From positions 64,001-128,000 of the IMG/VR virus record IMGVR_UViG_3300015615_000629: a stretch of DNA of 64,000 bases, one strand, 5' to 3'. Each line of letters begins with the position of its first letter. Position 1 is the stretch's first letter. Below are positions 39,607 through 49,597 of the stretch, in pieces. This DNA is from a virus (lineage: Duplodnaviria > Heunggongvirae > Uroviricota > Caudoviricetes). Both the position numbers and the translations under genes were made by a program. The notes under the pieces are model-generated. The model did not search any database and was not told where the DNA came from. It was given only the letters and a program-made list of their open reading frames with translations.

Positions 39607-39876
39607 TTAGTATTCCTTTTTGATTTCTGGATGGGTATTGATAATGCCTTCCGTATTGGCTGTAATAAAGTAGCTGTGACGAATAGTTTGCGGATCGCCG
39701 CACCAGACATTAACTCGAAAGTGATTATCCCACAAAAGAATACAATCAACTTTACGAAGATCCTTGGGTTTTCCAAGACGTTCACTAACGCATTTGGAAA
39801 CCATATCTGGATTGATCTTTGGTTCGGCAGGCTTCTTTTCCTTGGTTTCCTTCTCTTTTTCCTTAGTAGCAGGCAT
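39607..39876 (-). CDS. Hypothetical protein
   Basis: 89 aa ORF with SD AAGGA. Confidence 0.55.
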   Translation of the reverse strand: MPATKEKEKETKEKKPAEPKINPDMVSKCVSERLGKPKDLRKVDCILLWDNHFRVNVWCGDPQTIRHSYFITANTEGIINTHPEIKKEY

Positions 39877-39895
39877 TATGATTCCTTTTTAAGTC

Positions 39896-40357
39896 CTAAC
39901 GGACTGCTGGGGAAATTCTTCCAACTTTGACAGACTTGATTTCGACGCCTTTGCAGCCTTCGTAAGCAGTTGGAATATCCTTTACTTTTATTCCCTTTCT
40001 AAATTTTTCGAAATATACATGATATTCGGTTGGGGATGCAACACCAATCGCTTGCACCTTACCAAATTGGCTAAAATAATCCCGCATTGCTAGCGTTGTA
40101 TCGCGGCTTTCCGTATTCTCAATTTTGGTTGTGCTAGTAGACAAAAACGAAGGTCTTGCTTCCGGAGCACCAATAAATCCAATCTGTTGGCCGGTTTTCT
40201 TGCTGAATCGACAACCATCCACCCGAATATAAGACTTTGTCACAGATTGAACAATAGCGTTTCTCGAACCAGCATATCCAATAACTGTAATCTTGTCGCC
40301 AGCCTTGAGATGTTCGAAATTGCCGTAAATTATCTTAACCATTTCCGTATTCTCCAT
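39896..40357 (-). CDS. Hypothetical protein; C-terminal domain paralogous to 53899-54336
   Basis: VQAIGV...P..YEG..V..VGRI. Confidence 0.5.
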   Translation of the reverse strand: MENTEMVKIIYGNFEHLKAGDKITVIGYAGSRNAIVQSVTKSYIRVDGCRFSKKTGQQIGFIGAPEARPSFLSTSTTKIENTESRDTTLAMRDYFSQFGKVQAIGVASPTEYHVYFEKFRKGIKVKDIPTAYEGCKGVEIKSVKVGRISPAVR

Positions 40358-41144
40358 CGATTGTTCTAAGTTTTTCCAATAGGGCCTCGTGGCCAGCTAA
40401 TTTTTCTCGATGATTTTCAACAAGTTCTGTAAACCCTTTTACATCATATGCAGGAACTTTGGTTGTTTTACCATTCAGCCAAAGCACAGTAATCGCTCTA
40501 TGCGAGTTGTTGCCGGCGTGCTGACCCTTGTTAAGCGGATCGTGAACAACAACGCCTGGGTTTTCAGGTTCGAGGGCGAGATAAACTTTTCGTCCTGCCA
40601 AATTACCATCAGCGAAAATCTTATTATATCCGTTTTCTCTTTCTTCAATTAAAATATCGATTACTTCTTCCGGCGTGCGGTTTAATTTATCGGCTTTCCA
40701 GTTGTTTTCTTTGTAATATTCTACAATCGCCTCTTTCAAATCCTTTATCTTTTCAAGTTTAACAGGATAGTCATCGGTAAATAAATGAGCAGCAATTAAC
40801 TCAATCTTTCCAAGAGCCATTGCAGACTTAAAGAAACTTTCAGAATTATCGTAATCATAATAGTCTAAATCGGCGGCGGCCCATAATTCAGCCAATAATT
40901 TAGTAGAAACCTCTACTTTTTCTTCTTTTTTAACAGCTGCTTCTTTAATAGAATTCAATATCTTGAGAACTTCGTCCTGAATCTTTCGAACTTTTAGTTC
41001 TGCTTTGGATTGTTTGGAAACCACTTCGTCGAAAATATCTGCTACATGGACGCATTTAGGACAACAAAAAGGTGTCTCCCAATCCTTGGAATCCTCAGCG
41101 GCAAAAAATCTTCGGCCGCAAACTTCACAACCAGGATTGGCCAT
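40335..41144 (-). CDS. Hypothetical protein
   Basis: 269 aa ORF with N-terminal CxxC. Confidence 0.55.
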   Translation of the reverse strand: MANPGCEVCGRRFFAAEDSKDWETPFCCPKCVHVADIFDEVVSKQSKAELKVRKIQDEVLKILNSIKEAAVKKEEKVEVSTKLLAELWAAADLDYYDYDNSESFFKSAMALGKIELIAAHLFTDDYPVKLEKIKDLKEAIVEYYKENNWKADKLNRTPEEVIDILIEERENGYNKIFADGNLAGRKVYLALEPENPGVVVHDPLNKGQHAGNNSHRAITVLWLNGKTTKVPAYDVKGFTELVENHREKLAGHEALLEKLRTIDGEYGNG

Positions 41145-41308
41145 CTTAAAGGCTCTTGGGGTTTTGTGCTATTGGGGCTGGTCTTGGGGGACATTGAGAT
41201 ATTGGGTTGCCCTTACAACGCGGACATATTCTTAAACCAAACAAAACACGACCAACATCATAACAACGATTACAGTAAAAATTCTGCCCGCCTTTATGTA
41301 TTTTAGAT

Positions 41309-41704
41309 TCAGTTATCATCGTTTTTGGGTTGAACATTGATAATGGCAGGATTTAAAACGCCACCAGATTCATTTGCAATTTCGCCTTCATTATGAATCT
41401 GTGTGGCTAGATTGTGATATCTACGCAATTTTTCGCCATGCAACCAAACATGAGCAAGAATTTTCACGGCACAACCGTACATAAAACCGGTAATTCCTTC
41501 GTCATCGGCAGCACGGCCAGCGTTATCGATACATTGTTCTATGGTCTCGCCGGCATCAAGGGCTGCTTCCATTCTGGTTGCCCACTCGCTGCAAAAGCGA
41601 ATTACAGCATCGCCGTAAGGGTCTTGATTGTTTTCTACAGATTTTGCCCAATCGGCTTCGCCATTGGGTTCAACAAACTTCATCGCCGGGGAATGAACTT
41701 TCAT
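41309..41704 (-). CDS. Conserved hypothetical phage protein
   Basis: GITGFMYGCAV...W.HGE.LR..HN...GGVLNPA. Confidence 0.6.
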   Translation of the reverse strand: MKVHSPAMKFVEPNGEADWAKSVENNQDPYGDAVIRFCSEWATRMEAALDAGETIEQCIDNAGRAADDEGITGFMYGCAVKILAHVWLHGEKLRRYHNLATQIHNEGEIANESGGVLNPAIINVQPKNDDN

Positions 41705-41719
41705 GTTTGTTCCTTTAAG

Positions 41720-41801
41720 TGGAAGCCGTGAGATTTGAACTCACATCTACAGAGATCGACTTGCGACTTACTCTGTTATCCTACCGTTGAACGAGGCTCC
41801 C
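41720..41801 (-). ncRNA. tRNA-like RNA with enlarged anticodon arm
   Basis: Acceptor GGGAGCC/GGCTTCC-A, D-loop AACGGT, T-arm GTGAG-TTCAAAT-CTCAC. The ACAGAG/CTCTGT stem closes 16 nt. Confidence 0.7.
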
Positions 41802-42002
41802 AACTAACGCCTTAATGTCGTAACCATTTTTACAATGAGTAAGTTTTTCGAAATCTATTTCAACTTCGAAATCTATTTCTAACTCATGTGCAATTTCTTC
41901 CCAATCAATAGTATCTACCCCAAAATCAGATAAATCACACGACAAATCCCGTACCGACCCCAATTGATCCCGAAGAATACCTAAAACTTTTTCATCCGTC
42001 AT
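41781..42002 (-). CDS. Acyl carrier protein-like (Thr at the phosphopantetheine Ser position)
   Basis: Acidic 73 aa; DFGVDTIDWEEIAHELEIDFEVEI versus canonical DLGADSLD..ELE..F.IEI. Confidence 0.65.
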   Translation of the reverse strand: MTDEKVLGILRDQLGSVRDLSCDLSDFGVDTIDWEEIAHELEIDFEVEIDFEKLTHCKNGYDIKALVGSLVQR

Positions 42003-42372
42003 TGCTGTCTTTCAAAAGTTGAACAATTTCTGTAATAGAACCTAAAGCAGCGGTATCAACAGGCGTCTTAAAATCACCAATTTCGATGCTTTCAACGCCC
42101 AACATGGCCGGCAAATCATTTGCAATCGACAAAGGAAAAATAAGTGAATTCTCAATTTCTTTTATCGCTGCATCCATTTTCTCTTTTTCAGTAAACGGAC
42201 GGGTTCCTATAACTTTTTCTTTTCTGGTTTTTAGCGAATTCTCAAGATATCGAGGTAACACGTATTCTTGTCGAATGCCATCTTCAATAGTTAAATCTAT
42301 ATTGTCGGCAACCCATTTAAAGCCACCTTCAATAAGAATTTCTCGAAGTTCTTCGTAGGTTATTTTAGACAT
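41992..42372 (-). CDS. Hypothetical protein
   Basis: 126 aa coupled ORF. Confidence 0.5.
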   Translation of the reverse strand: MSKITYEELREILIEGGFKWVADNIDLTIEDGIRQEYVLPRYLENSLKTRKEKVIGTRPFTEKEKMDAAIKEIENSLIFPLSIANDLPAMLGVESIEIGDFKTPVDTAALGSITEIVQLLKDSNDG

Positions 42373-42712
42373 GTTTGGGCACTAAATGAATGTAAAATAC
42401 GTAAACTGGTTCGGCATTTACAGAGCCCTTTTTGTTGCCAGTTTGTCGATATTCTACGTCCAGTCGAGTGTTCGGGCCGGTCTCAAAAGGCAAGAAATCC
42501 TTAAGACGGGCAAGCACAGAGCCAATGAACTCAGCCGTGCCAGTAATACGTAACCCGTCATTGTCAAATCGAGTCCCTTTATGTTCAGGAGGAATGGCGG
42601 TTATACGTATAGGCGTATTTGGTTGCAGACTTTGCCAAAAACGAAAAATCTCTTGGCGAGTCGCTTTCCAAAGTTTACGCGGTTCTTTTACAAAATCCTT
42701 AAACCCTTCCAT
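42365..42712 (-). CDS. Hypothetical protein with FKDF N-terminal motif
   Basis: MEGFKDFVKE. Confidence 0.55.
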   Translation of the reverse strand: MEGFKDFVKEPRKLWKATRQEIFRFWQSLQPNTPIRITAIPPEHKGTRFDNDGLRITGTAEFIGSVLARLKDFLPFETGPNTRLDVEYRQTGNKKGSVNAEPVYVFYIHLVPKHV

Positions 42713-42799
42713 TACAAATATCTATGCCGTGCGTTGATAAAATGGGTTCTACCATGAATCAGCACTTGCCCATCATAGCACAAAACAGACGTTTGACAA

Positions 42800-44062
42800 T
42801 TAAGCCCTTTTGTAACGCTTTTTGAAGAAAGCCTTTGCCTCTTCCATATGAGAAAGTCGAGTCGCCCATGCTCTTTTCGCCACCATAACACACATCATGA
42901 ACATCTGACGACTTGGGAAATCTCCAACGCCTGTAACAACCCCATCAGATATCCAAAGCCTCGGATGCTGCTGCTTGGCTAACCATTTTAAAGCTGGGTA
43001 ATCCACGACATTGGAACCGCCAGTTGTGTTTCTCCAATTTTTAACACATCTGCCGTTCTTGGCGATAATTTGCAAGGTTCCTGACTTGGTTTGACCGCTA
43101 TAAGTTGCAATCGTACAACCAGGAGCCAAACGCAGAACTTCGGCAATATCGTAGGAACTTAAAGACATACTTCCACTTACGTCAACTAATACTGTGCCGC
43201 CCTGATGGCGTTTTTTATAGCCAAATATTTTTCCGTCTATGAAATATCTGTTTAAATAACGTGGCAATGTCCCTTCGTCGTTGGCACGCCATTTTCTAGA
43301 AAATTTAGAAGGCGGCATAGTCGCAGAAATATCTTTATGTAATTTAATTTTCATTTCCCCAGGTGGAGCATAACCTTTTCCACCATGTTTAAATTGCATT
43401 TTCATCTGCTCGTCTAAATAACTTGACCCCATTTTAGACTTTTCCGAAGGACTAAGCGGACATTTTCCCTCGCCTTTAATGGCATCTAAAAATTCTTCGT
43501 AAGACATTTCATAGAAGAACTCAACATCGCCAGTCTCATCCGGTTCTTCATCCGCAAAGCCGGAAGTACGAAGAAATAAATCTTCCTTCCGAAAAAATCC
43601 CAATGTCTTCGCACAATCAATCGATGTCTCAATTACTGGGTTTTCTGCAATCCTGTTCAATAAATGACGACCAGTGGCCTTGTACCCATCCACAAAACCA
43701 TAAATTACATCATTGAGAGAATCGTGCTTCGATGCAAGTAATTGCTTCCCTTTCTCGGTAATATCTTCAGTAGTTAAATTAATCCCTAATTTACGTAACT
43801 TGTACGTAATCCTGGCTTGTTCGCAAGCTAATAATGCCTGTGGATCAACGCCGTTGTCGGCGGCTAAATTCTGAATTTCTTCGGAATCATAACCCCAAAG
43901 CATGGAACCCATGACCAGCATCCGGCTGCGGAAAGCAGCCGGATGCGTACAAGCGGTTAATTTGCCATTCTTATAAAAATTCCTGTGTAGACCAGGAGAA
44001 TCGGCGGAAACAATCTCTAAATTCTCATCGGAAATTGCTTCAACTAAAGGATAAACCTTCAT
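42800..44062 (-). CDS. VWA (MIDAS) domain partner protein 1
   Basis: TVLVDVSGSMS (DxSxS), GGSNVVD, WISDG. Confidence 0.75.
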   Translation of the reverse strand: MKVYPLVEAISDENLEIVSADSPGLHRNFYKNGKLTACTHPAAFRSRMLVMGSMLWGYDSEEIQNLAADNGVDPQALLACEQARITYKLRKLGINLTTEDITEKGKQLLASKHDSLNDVIYGFVDGYKATGRHLLNRIAENPVIETSIDCAKTLGFFRKEDLFLRTSGFADEEPDETGDVEFFYEMSYEEFLDAIKGEGKCPLSPSEKSKMGSSYLDEQMKMQFKHGGKGYAPPGEMKIKLHKDISATMPPSKFSRKWRANDEGTLPRYLNRYFIDGKIFGYKKRHQGGTVLVDVSGSMSLSSYDIAEVLRLAPGCTIATYSGQTKSGTLQIIAKNGRCVKNWRNTTGGSNVVDYPALKWLAKQQHPRLWISDGVVTGVGDFPSRQMFMMCVMVAKRAWATRLSHMEEAKAFFKKRYKRA

Positions 44063-45292
44063 TTAAACTCTCTTGTATTTTCGAGTAAATTTCTTTTTCT
44101 TTTTGACCGGAGCAACTGCTTTTGGAGAGTAAATCGGCACACCAGCAGTGCTCAGTCGCAGACCCATACTTGTAATCTTTGCATGAACCTCTGCCAGGGC
44201 AGGTACATTGAAATTACGAATACAAAGAAGTTTCTCCGCAGTCCATCCAACTAAATGCCCAACAGTGGTAATGCCTTCGCCCTCTAGGCAATTGGTTGCT
44301 CTTACCGATAGTCCCAAGTCGGATATGCTGATATTTAATTTATCAGCAGTAGGTTTCTTCGCAGGCGTTTTTGACCGCCCGCCATCAATGGAAACTTTCG
44401 CTCCACATCTTTCCAATTCAGCCTTAATCCCATTGGCACGATCCTCAGAAATGTTTTCCACAAATCTGTTAGGGAGATTTTCAACCAAATCTTTGGTCTC
44501 TTTCAGCCCAAGACCAGTCATCGCCCGTACATACTTAATTACCTTTATCTTATCAGAACCAAAAGATTCCAAGATAACAGAAACAGATGCCGACCCTACA
44601 GAAACTTTGGCACCCCGCAATTTAAACGCCGCCATTACATCCTTATAGCCAGCACCAAAAATGGCTCGTGCTGCCATTTCATCCCCAACTTCCGGACGTA
44701 ATAAAGCAAATTCCTTCCAAGACCTTACAGAAATTCGCCTTTCTTCATCTTTAACCAAACCGGTTCTTTTCGCTAACTCCCGAATGTCATCAGGCAAAGC
44801 CTTCAAAGCACCTGGAGCAACCTCGTCCACATGAATCGTTACAGGAAACCTATCCCTTAATGCAGCGTTCAAATCACTAGGCTCGCCGTTCATTGTCGCT
44901 ACACAATGAAATCCAGGCAAAGGCTTAACCATTTCTCCGCTAGGTAAAGTAATATTGGCGATATCCATATCGTCCAATATGCCCAAGAGAAACGTCTGAG
45001 CGTCCCCAGAGGCTTTCTCCAACTCGTTCAACACAAGTCTAGTGCCTTTTCTCCAAGCGGAGACGCATGGACCGTCCATCCATACGTATTCCCCGCCCTT
45101 TAAACCAAAATGACCCCTTAATTCCGCAGCAGGGGTATCTTCCGTTAAAGAGAAAGAATATACATTATCATAAGCATCTGGTTTGATGCCAAAACGCTTG
45201 CCAGCATAACTCTTACCAGTACCAGATGGACCGTAAAGCAAAACGCGGTCAGTTTTAGTTAAAACTTTAGAAACTACATCCCAACAGCTCAT
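44063..45292 (-). CDS. MoxR/AAA_5 ATPase fused to ribosomal L7/L12 CTD and RNAP alpha-CTD
   Basis: GPSGTGKS, ATMN, ALRDRF; KIKVIKYVRAMTGLGLKETKDLVE...AELERCGAKV (L7/L12); DLGLSVRATNCLEGEGITTV (alpha-CTD). Confidence 0.85.
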   Translation of the reverse strand: MSCWDVVSKVLTKTDRVLLYGPSGTGKSYAGKRFGIKPDAYDNVYSFSLTEDTPAAELRGHFGLKGGEYVWMDGPCVSAWRKGTRLVLNELEKASGDAQTFLLGILDDMDIANITLPSGEMVKPLPGFHCVATMNGEPSDLNAALRDRFPVTIHVDEVAPGALKALPDDIRELAKRTGLVKDEERRISVRSWKEFALLRPEVGDEMAARAIFGAGYKDVMAAFKLRGAKVSVGSASVSVILESFGSDKIKVIKYVRAMTGLGLKETKDLVENLPNRFVENISEDRANGIKAELERCGAKVSIDGGRSKTPAKKPTADKLNISISDLGLSVRATNCLEGEGITTVGHLVGWTAEKLLCIRNFNVPALAEVHAKITSMGLRLSTAGVPIYSPKAVAPVKKKKKFTRKYKRV

Positions 45293-46662
45293 GCTGATTT
45301 TATCCTTTTGAAGAGATTAAAAGCTTCTTTTACGTAAGGAACGCGAATAATACTGTTTCTTTTAACGACATCGAAACACATCATGGTCAACAATGGAAAA
45401 GCACTATCGCCAACTCCTGTGACAATTCCATCCGATACCCATATTCTAGGGCCGGGCATTTTAGACAACCATATGAGAGCGGGATAATCCACTATATTGC
45501 CGCCTTGTTTATAACTTAATTTGGAAGAATACGTTCCATTCTCTGCTAATATCGACAACCTTCCGCTTGACGATTCACCAGAATAGGCCGCCACCGTGCA
45601 GCCAGGAGCAGATTCAGTTATCTTTATTATTTCATCTATCGACAAACCCATACTGCTACTGGTGTCGATTAATACCGTTCCGCCCTGTGCCTTTCTTTTA
45701 ACACCAAAAATCTTACCATCAACAAAGTATCTGTTTAAATATCTCGGATGAGTACCTTCTTCGGCACTTGCCCATTTTTTAGCCTTTTGACCATTTAAAC
45801 GCCTATCCATAGTTTCTTTGCAGATAGACATATTTCCATATGAAAATCCTCCATGATGTACTTTTGACCCCTTATATTGTCCCTCAAAATGATTGCCGTA
45901 GCGGCTGCTATTTAATTCAGCCATCCCCTTCTCAAACGCTTCTTTTTCGTGAGAATTTGAGAATTTAGAATTGTTTTTCAAAAACTCTTCAAAATTGCTG
46001 GTTTCTTCAAGTTCGTCTTTAACTCTTTCCAAAATATCGTGATCTTCCGCCATAGAAGAAGCATCCTTTGCTCCCGTGCAAGTTCCAGCCGGCCGCTTAG
46101 ACGGCTTACCACCACTATCACTACGATCAGAAGATGGCTTGCCCTTCGCTTCCGAGGATTCACCCGGCTTCGGCGTAGACGGATGCTTTATTATTTCTTG
46201 AACATATCTACAAGCCTCTAACAAACAATCTACATTTCCAGACGCCGCAGAAACCATCTCTTTAAATTTAGTAACTACCGGTTCTGTGCTTTCGGCTTCA
46301 AACGCAGAGGAAATAGCAGTTATTAATGGGTTATCGTCAAAACGTCTTGTGGCAGGACATAATTCTATTTCTGTCCTTTTCAAATGATAACCAATTCTAC
46401 CAATCTCACACGCTTCTAAAATTAAAGGATTTAGGGAAAAATTGGTCGCCATATTACGGATTTCTTCATCGGATAATCCCCACTTTATCCGACCTAACGC
46501 AATTATGCGGTTTCGGCGAGCCGATTCCTTCAAATCAAGATTTAAAACCTTCTTCTCAAAATCTAAACTTTCCTTCCAGGGCGTATGATTGATTTCCCAG
46601 CCCTGTCCAAGCAGACCTTCAAACGATTCCACCAATGGGAATATCTTATCGTGCCTCAACAT
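45289..46662 (-). CDS. VWA (MIDAS) domain partner protein 2
   Basis: TVLIDTSSSMG, GGNIVDYPAL, WVSDG. Paralogue of 42800-44062. Confidence 0.75.
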   Translation of the reverse strand: MLRHDKIFPLVESFEGLLGQGWEINHTPWKESLDFEKKVLNLDLKESARRNRIIALGRIKWGLSDEEIRNMATNFSLNPLILEACEIGRIGYHLKRTEIELCPATRRFDDNPLITAISSAFEAESTEPVVTKFKEMVSAASGNVDCLLEACRYVQEIIKHPSTPKPGESSEAKGKPSSDRSDSGGKPSKRPAGTCTGAKDASSMAEDHDILERVKDELEETSNFEEFLKNNSKFSNSHEKEAFEKGMAELNSSRYGNHFEGQYKGSKVHHGGFSYGNMSICKETMDRRLNGQKAKKWASAEEGTHPRYLNRYFVDGKIFGVKRKAQGGTVLIDTSSSMGLSIDEIIKITESAPGCTVAAYSGESSSGRLSILAENGTYSSKLSYKQGGNIVDYPALIWLSKMPGPRIWVSDGIVTGVGDSAFPLLTMMCFDVVKRNSIIRVPYVKEAFNLFKRIKSA

Positions 46663-46710
46663 GCGGGTTCTCCGTAGGTCAGCACTAAAAATGCAGTAAA
46701 AAACCAGAAT

Positions 46711-47517
46711 TTAAGATTTAGAGATATTAAGTGCTGCCAATACTTCCGAATAACGGCTTCCAAAAACCGCTTTGGCAGCAAGAGTAGGATTATGTTCTTC
46801 TCTCAATCGAGCAAATTCATTCCAAGAACGAACGGAAATTCTCCGCTGAGCGTCTTTAACAACGCTACAATTATAAACCACATTTCTAATATCTTCCGGT
46901 AACGCCAACAGTGCGTCCGGAGCAATCCTATCAATATTAATCGCTATCGGAAAACGATCCCTTAATGCCGGATTCAAATCCACATCAGGATCGCCATTCA
47001 TTGTTGCAACACACCTAAAACCAGAATCTGGTCTTACCGTTTCACCAGTTGGCAACGTAATACTAGCAATTCCTGGATCGTCTAGAATCCCTAATAGAAA
47101 TGTCTGAGCATCCCCAGAAGCCTTTTCTAATTCATTTAATACTAATCTGGCTCCCTTACGCCAAGAGGATACGCAAGGACCGTCCATCCATACGTATTCT
47201 CCACTTTTAAGGCCGAAATGACCTCTTAACTCAGCCGCTGGAGTATCTTCGGTTAAAGAGAAAGAAAACACCCGTTCATTAAAATTGATCTTCTCACATA
47301 GTCGCCGTTCGGCCGCTATCCAAAATTCCCTATCTTGACCATCGGGGCAACCACGTTCGGCCCAGATGAGTTTTGCTTCGGCAGCAATTTGCTCCTTAGA
47401 TGGAGCAATTCCTAACCGTTTTCCAGCATAACTTTTGCCCGTTCCTGAAGGACCATAGAGCAAAATGCGGTCAGCAGACGGCAACACCTGTTCAACTATC
47501 GACCAGCAGTCTTCCAT
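46711..47517 (-). CDS. MoxR/AAA_5 ATPase with inserted DUF2934-like domain
   Basis: GPSGTGKS followed by EQIAAEAKLIWAERGCPDGQDREFWIAAERRL. Paralogue of 44063-45292. Confidence 0.8.
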   Translation of the reverse strand: MEDCWSIVEQVLPSADRILLYGPSGTGKSYAGKRLGIAPSKEQIAAEAKLIWAERGCPDGQDREFWIAAERRLCEKINFNERVFSFSLTEDTPAAELRGHFGLKSGEYVWMDGPCVSSWRKGARLVLNELEKASGDAQTFLLGILDDPGIASITLPTGETVRPDSGFRCVATMNGDPDVDLNPALRDRFPIAINIDRIAPDALLALPEDIRNVVYNCSVVKDAQRRISVRSWNEFARLREEHNPTLAAKAVFGSRYSEVLAALNISKS

Positions 47518-47819
47518 GTTTCTTATCTCTCAAAAATCAAAAACCAGTTTTTTCTATGCGGCCACTATACCACAGAATCCGAAAAAGTCACGCATTTAGT
47601 GGCACACCGCCAAAAGAGGTGCGACATTGTGGCACCCCAAGAACCAAATTGACTCACATGAAACCAAGCATACAATACAGAGAAACCAAAAATGCTTCGA
47701 ATTCGTGCAATGCAATACCAAACGCACAAAAATCTATCAAAAACTACTTGGCATGGCAGTTGCTTCTAGTCAGAAAACACTTCTAAGCGGGCTAACACTA
47801 TCTTAGAAAGTTTACTCCA

Positions 47820-48047
47820 ATGTTTCCCGCCACTGATTTCGATACAGACCTGATAAATCAGCAAGATATTGGTGTCCTGTGTGGTCGTTTCGCAGAACTT
47901 CAATCCAGAACTAAAATTCTGCGAAACAACTTTTCGAAAAATCCAATTTGGAAAATAGGCTTAGAAATTACCGGCTTGGAAAAAGACTTTAGAAAAATAA
48001 ATAGCTTAATGCAAATTTACGATCATATACTAACTAATTGTATATGA
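47820..48047 (+). CDS. Small helical protein, paralogue of 49598-49840
   Basis: L.GR..EL..R.K.L..N...EI..LE.D..KI..L alignment. Confidence 0.55.
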   Translation: MFPATDFDTDLINQQDIGVLCGRFAELQSRTKILRNNFSKNPIWKIGLEITGLEKDFRKINSLMQIYDHILTNCI

Positions 48048-48199
48048 AGATCACTAATTTTTTACTTGCCTATGCTACCATGTTTTCAGTAGCTGTAGGA
48101 ACTATTCTTATCGTAAACTGTTTTGCCAATGGATACCTTTATGGAACACCATTGGGAATAGGACTAAGTATACTGTCCTTAAAACTGTTCCTATTTGAA

Positions 48200-48267
48200 T
48201 GACCCTACGGGGATTCACGACTTCCAGATTGAGGGTCTGGCGTCCTCACCCACTAGACGATAGGGCC
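48200..48267 (-). pseudogene. Degenerate tRNA-Glu(CTC) lacking the T-arm 5' strand
   Basis: GGCCCTA...TAGGGTCA acceptor, CCAGA-CCCTCAA-TCTGG anticodon arm, no GGTTC. Confidence 0.7.
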
Positions 48268-48495
48268 TAACTTTAACAATTCTTCCTTCAAACTTGCCTC
48301 TGTCCTATGCTCTTGTGAATATTCAGCAAGTAAAATGTCAATTTGATAAACCAGTTTTTCCGCATCTGGTTCATTATACTTTTCTATATCCCAAGCAATA
48401 GGAGACAACCACTCATCAAGAGATTCTAAAGATATTTGTCCATCGATATAACTATCGACTTTTGCATGAATCTCTTTCAAAATACTCATTACCAA
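48253..48495 (-). CDS. Hypothetical protein ending inside the tRNA-Glu pseudogene
   Basis: 80 aa ORF. Confidence 0.55.
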   Translation of the reverse strand: MVMSILKEIHAKVDSYIDGQISLESLDEWLSPIAWDIEKYNEPDAEKLVYQIDILLAEYSQEHRTEASLKEELLKLGPIV

Positions 48496-48725
48496 TATTT
48501 CCTTAAATCATTGGCAATTGTCGCAGCCTTTTGGAGTAATTCCTTGTCCAAAACAGCAACAACAATATGTTTCTCAATAGAAACAAACTTCTTTGAGCCT
48601 AAAGAAAATGCTTTAGGCTCATGGTCGAGCGTCTTAATGTAAATCTCATCATTCCACAAAAATTGCTCACCATATGGCAATTCTTCAAATGTTAAAGTTT
48701 TGCTAAATGTTAAAGTTTCGTTCAT
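48489..48725 (-). CDS. Small protein, tandem paralogue of 48733-48930
   Basis: LTF.E..YG..FL.N.EI..K.LDHEPKAFS..SKKFVS shared. Confidence 0.6.
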   Translation of the reverse strand: MNETLTFSKTLTFEELPYGEQFLWNDEIYIKTLDHEPKAFSLGSKKFVSIEKHIVVAVLDKELLQKAATIANDLRKYW

Positions 48726-48732
48726 CTTTTCC

Positions 48733-48930
48733 TTATTTCCTTGACCAAGGACCAAATGTCGATACCGCAACCTCTGTCTGATCGGGAACAGAAACAAATT
48801 TCTTCGATTGCCGAGAAAATGCTTTCGGCTCGTGATCAAGCACTTTAAAGTGAATCTCATTGTTTAGCAAGAAATGATCACCATAAGATACTTCTTTAAA
48901 CGTTAAAACTTTTGTGAATGATTCGTTCAT
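48733..48930 (-). CDS. Small protein, tandem paralogue of 48489-48725
   Basis: Shares the LDHEPKAFS motif with its neighbour. Confidence 0.6.
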   Translation of the reverse strand: MNESFTKVLTFKEVSYGDHFLLNNEIHFKVLDHEPKAFSRQSKKFVSVPDQTEVAVSTFGPWSRK

Positions 48931-49145
48931 CTTTTCCCTTCTAATTGCTCTTGACGCTCTTGTCGTGGACTTTTACCAATAAATTTGCCAACAGTTACCC
49001 AGTCTTCACCAGGACGCTTTATTTGAAAATAATCCTCGCCATCTATCGTTATCTCACGATAATGACCACTAGGAGAACCTTCCCAAACCTCAACATGATT
49101 CGAACAACCCGCCAAAATACAAATTATGAATAAGTATCTTTTCAT
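48927..49145 (-). CDS. Small lipoprotein
   Basis: MKRYLFIICILAGC lipobox. Confidence 0.65.
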   Translation of the reverse strand: MKRYLFIICILAGCSNHVEVWEGSPSGHYREITIDGEDYFQIKRPGEDWVTVGKFIGKSPRQERQEQLEGKR

Positions 49146-49597
49146 GCCTTTTCTATCTTAGTAAAAGGAAAAGGCTCCTTCATTAGTTTATCGTAAATTT
49201 CATCTCGCTCTTTTTCAGTAGAAAAATCAAATGACAAGTCCCTTGTCATCGTGGGTAGCCACGTTCCACCAGCACCAGACGGCTTTCCTACCATCTTTTC
49301 AATAATTTTGTCCTTGTCCCGCAACTGCCCTGGTTCCGTCAACTCATAATAGACGTTAAGAAAGTAGGTTTTCATGCTCTCTCCTACAAGTTGCCACAAC
49401 ATGATTATAGCACAACTAGAAACGCCCGTCCAGTTTTCTGAATAATTTGCCAGAAAGCAGCTTGCAATTTACTTCCACTAGTGTAGAATGTTGCGTGGAA
49501 GACTAGGTAAATGGCATCTCAACTTTTGAGGGGCCAGTTATTGCGTAAGCCAATGTTCTAGGTGGCAACTGCCGTCTATTAACGTTGGCTTTTTTTA

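Noticed and set aside
41751-41776. Canonical bulge-helix-bulge intron in the tRNA-like RNA
   Set aside because: Only one bulge is present and it lies on the wrong strand for a canonical BHB motif.
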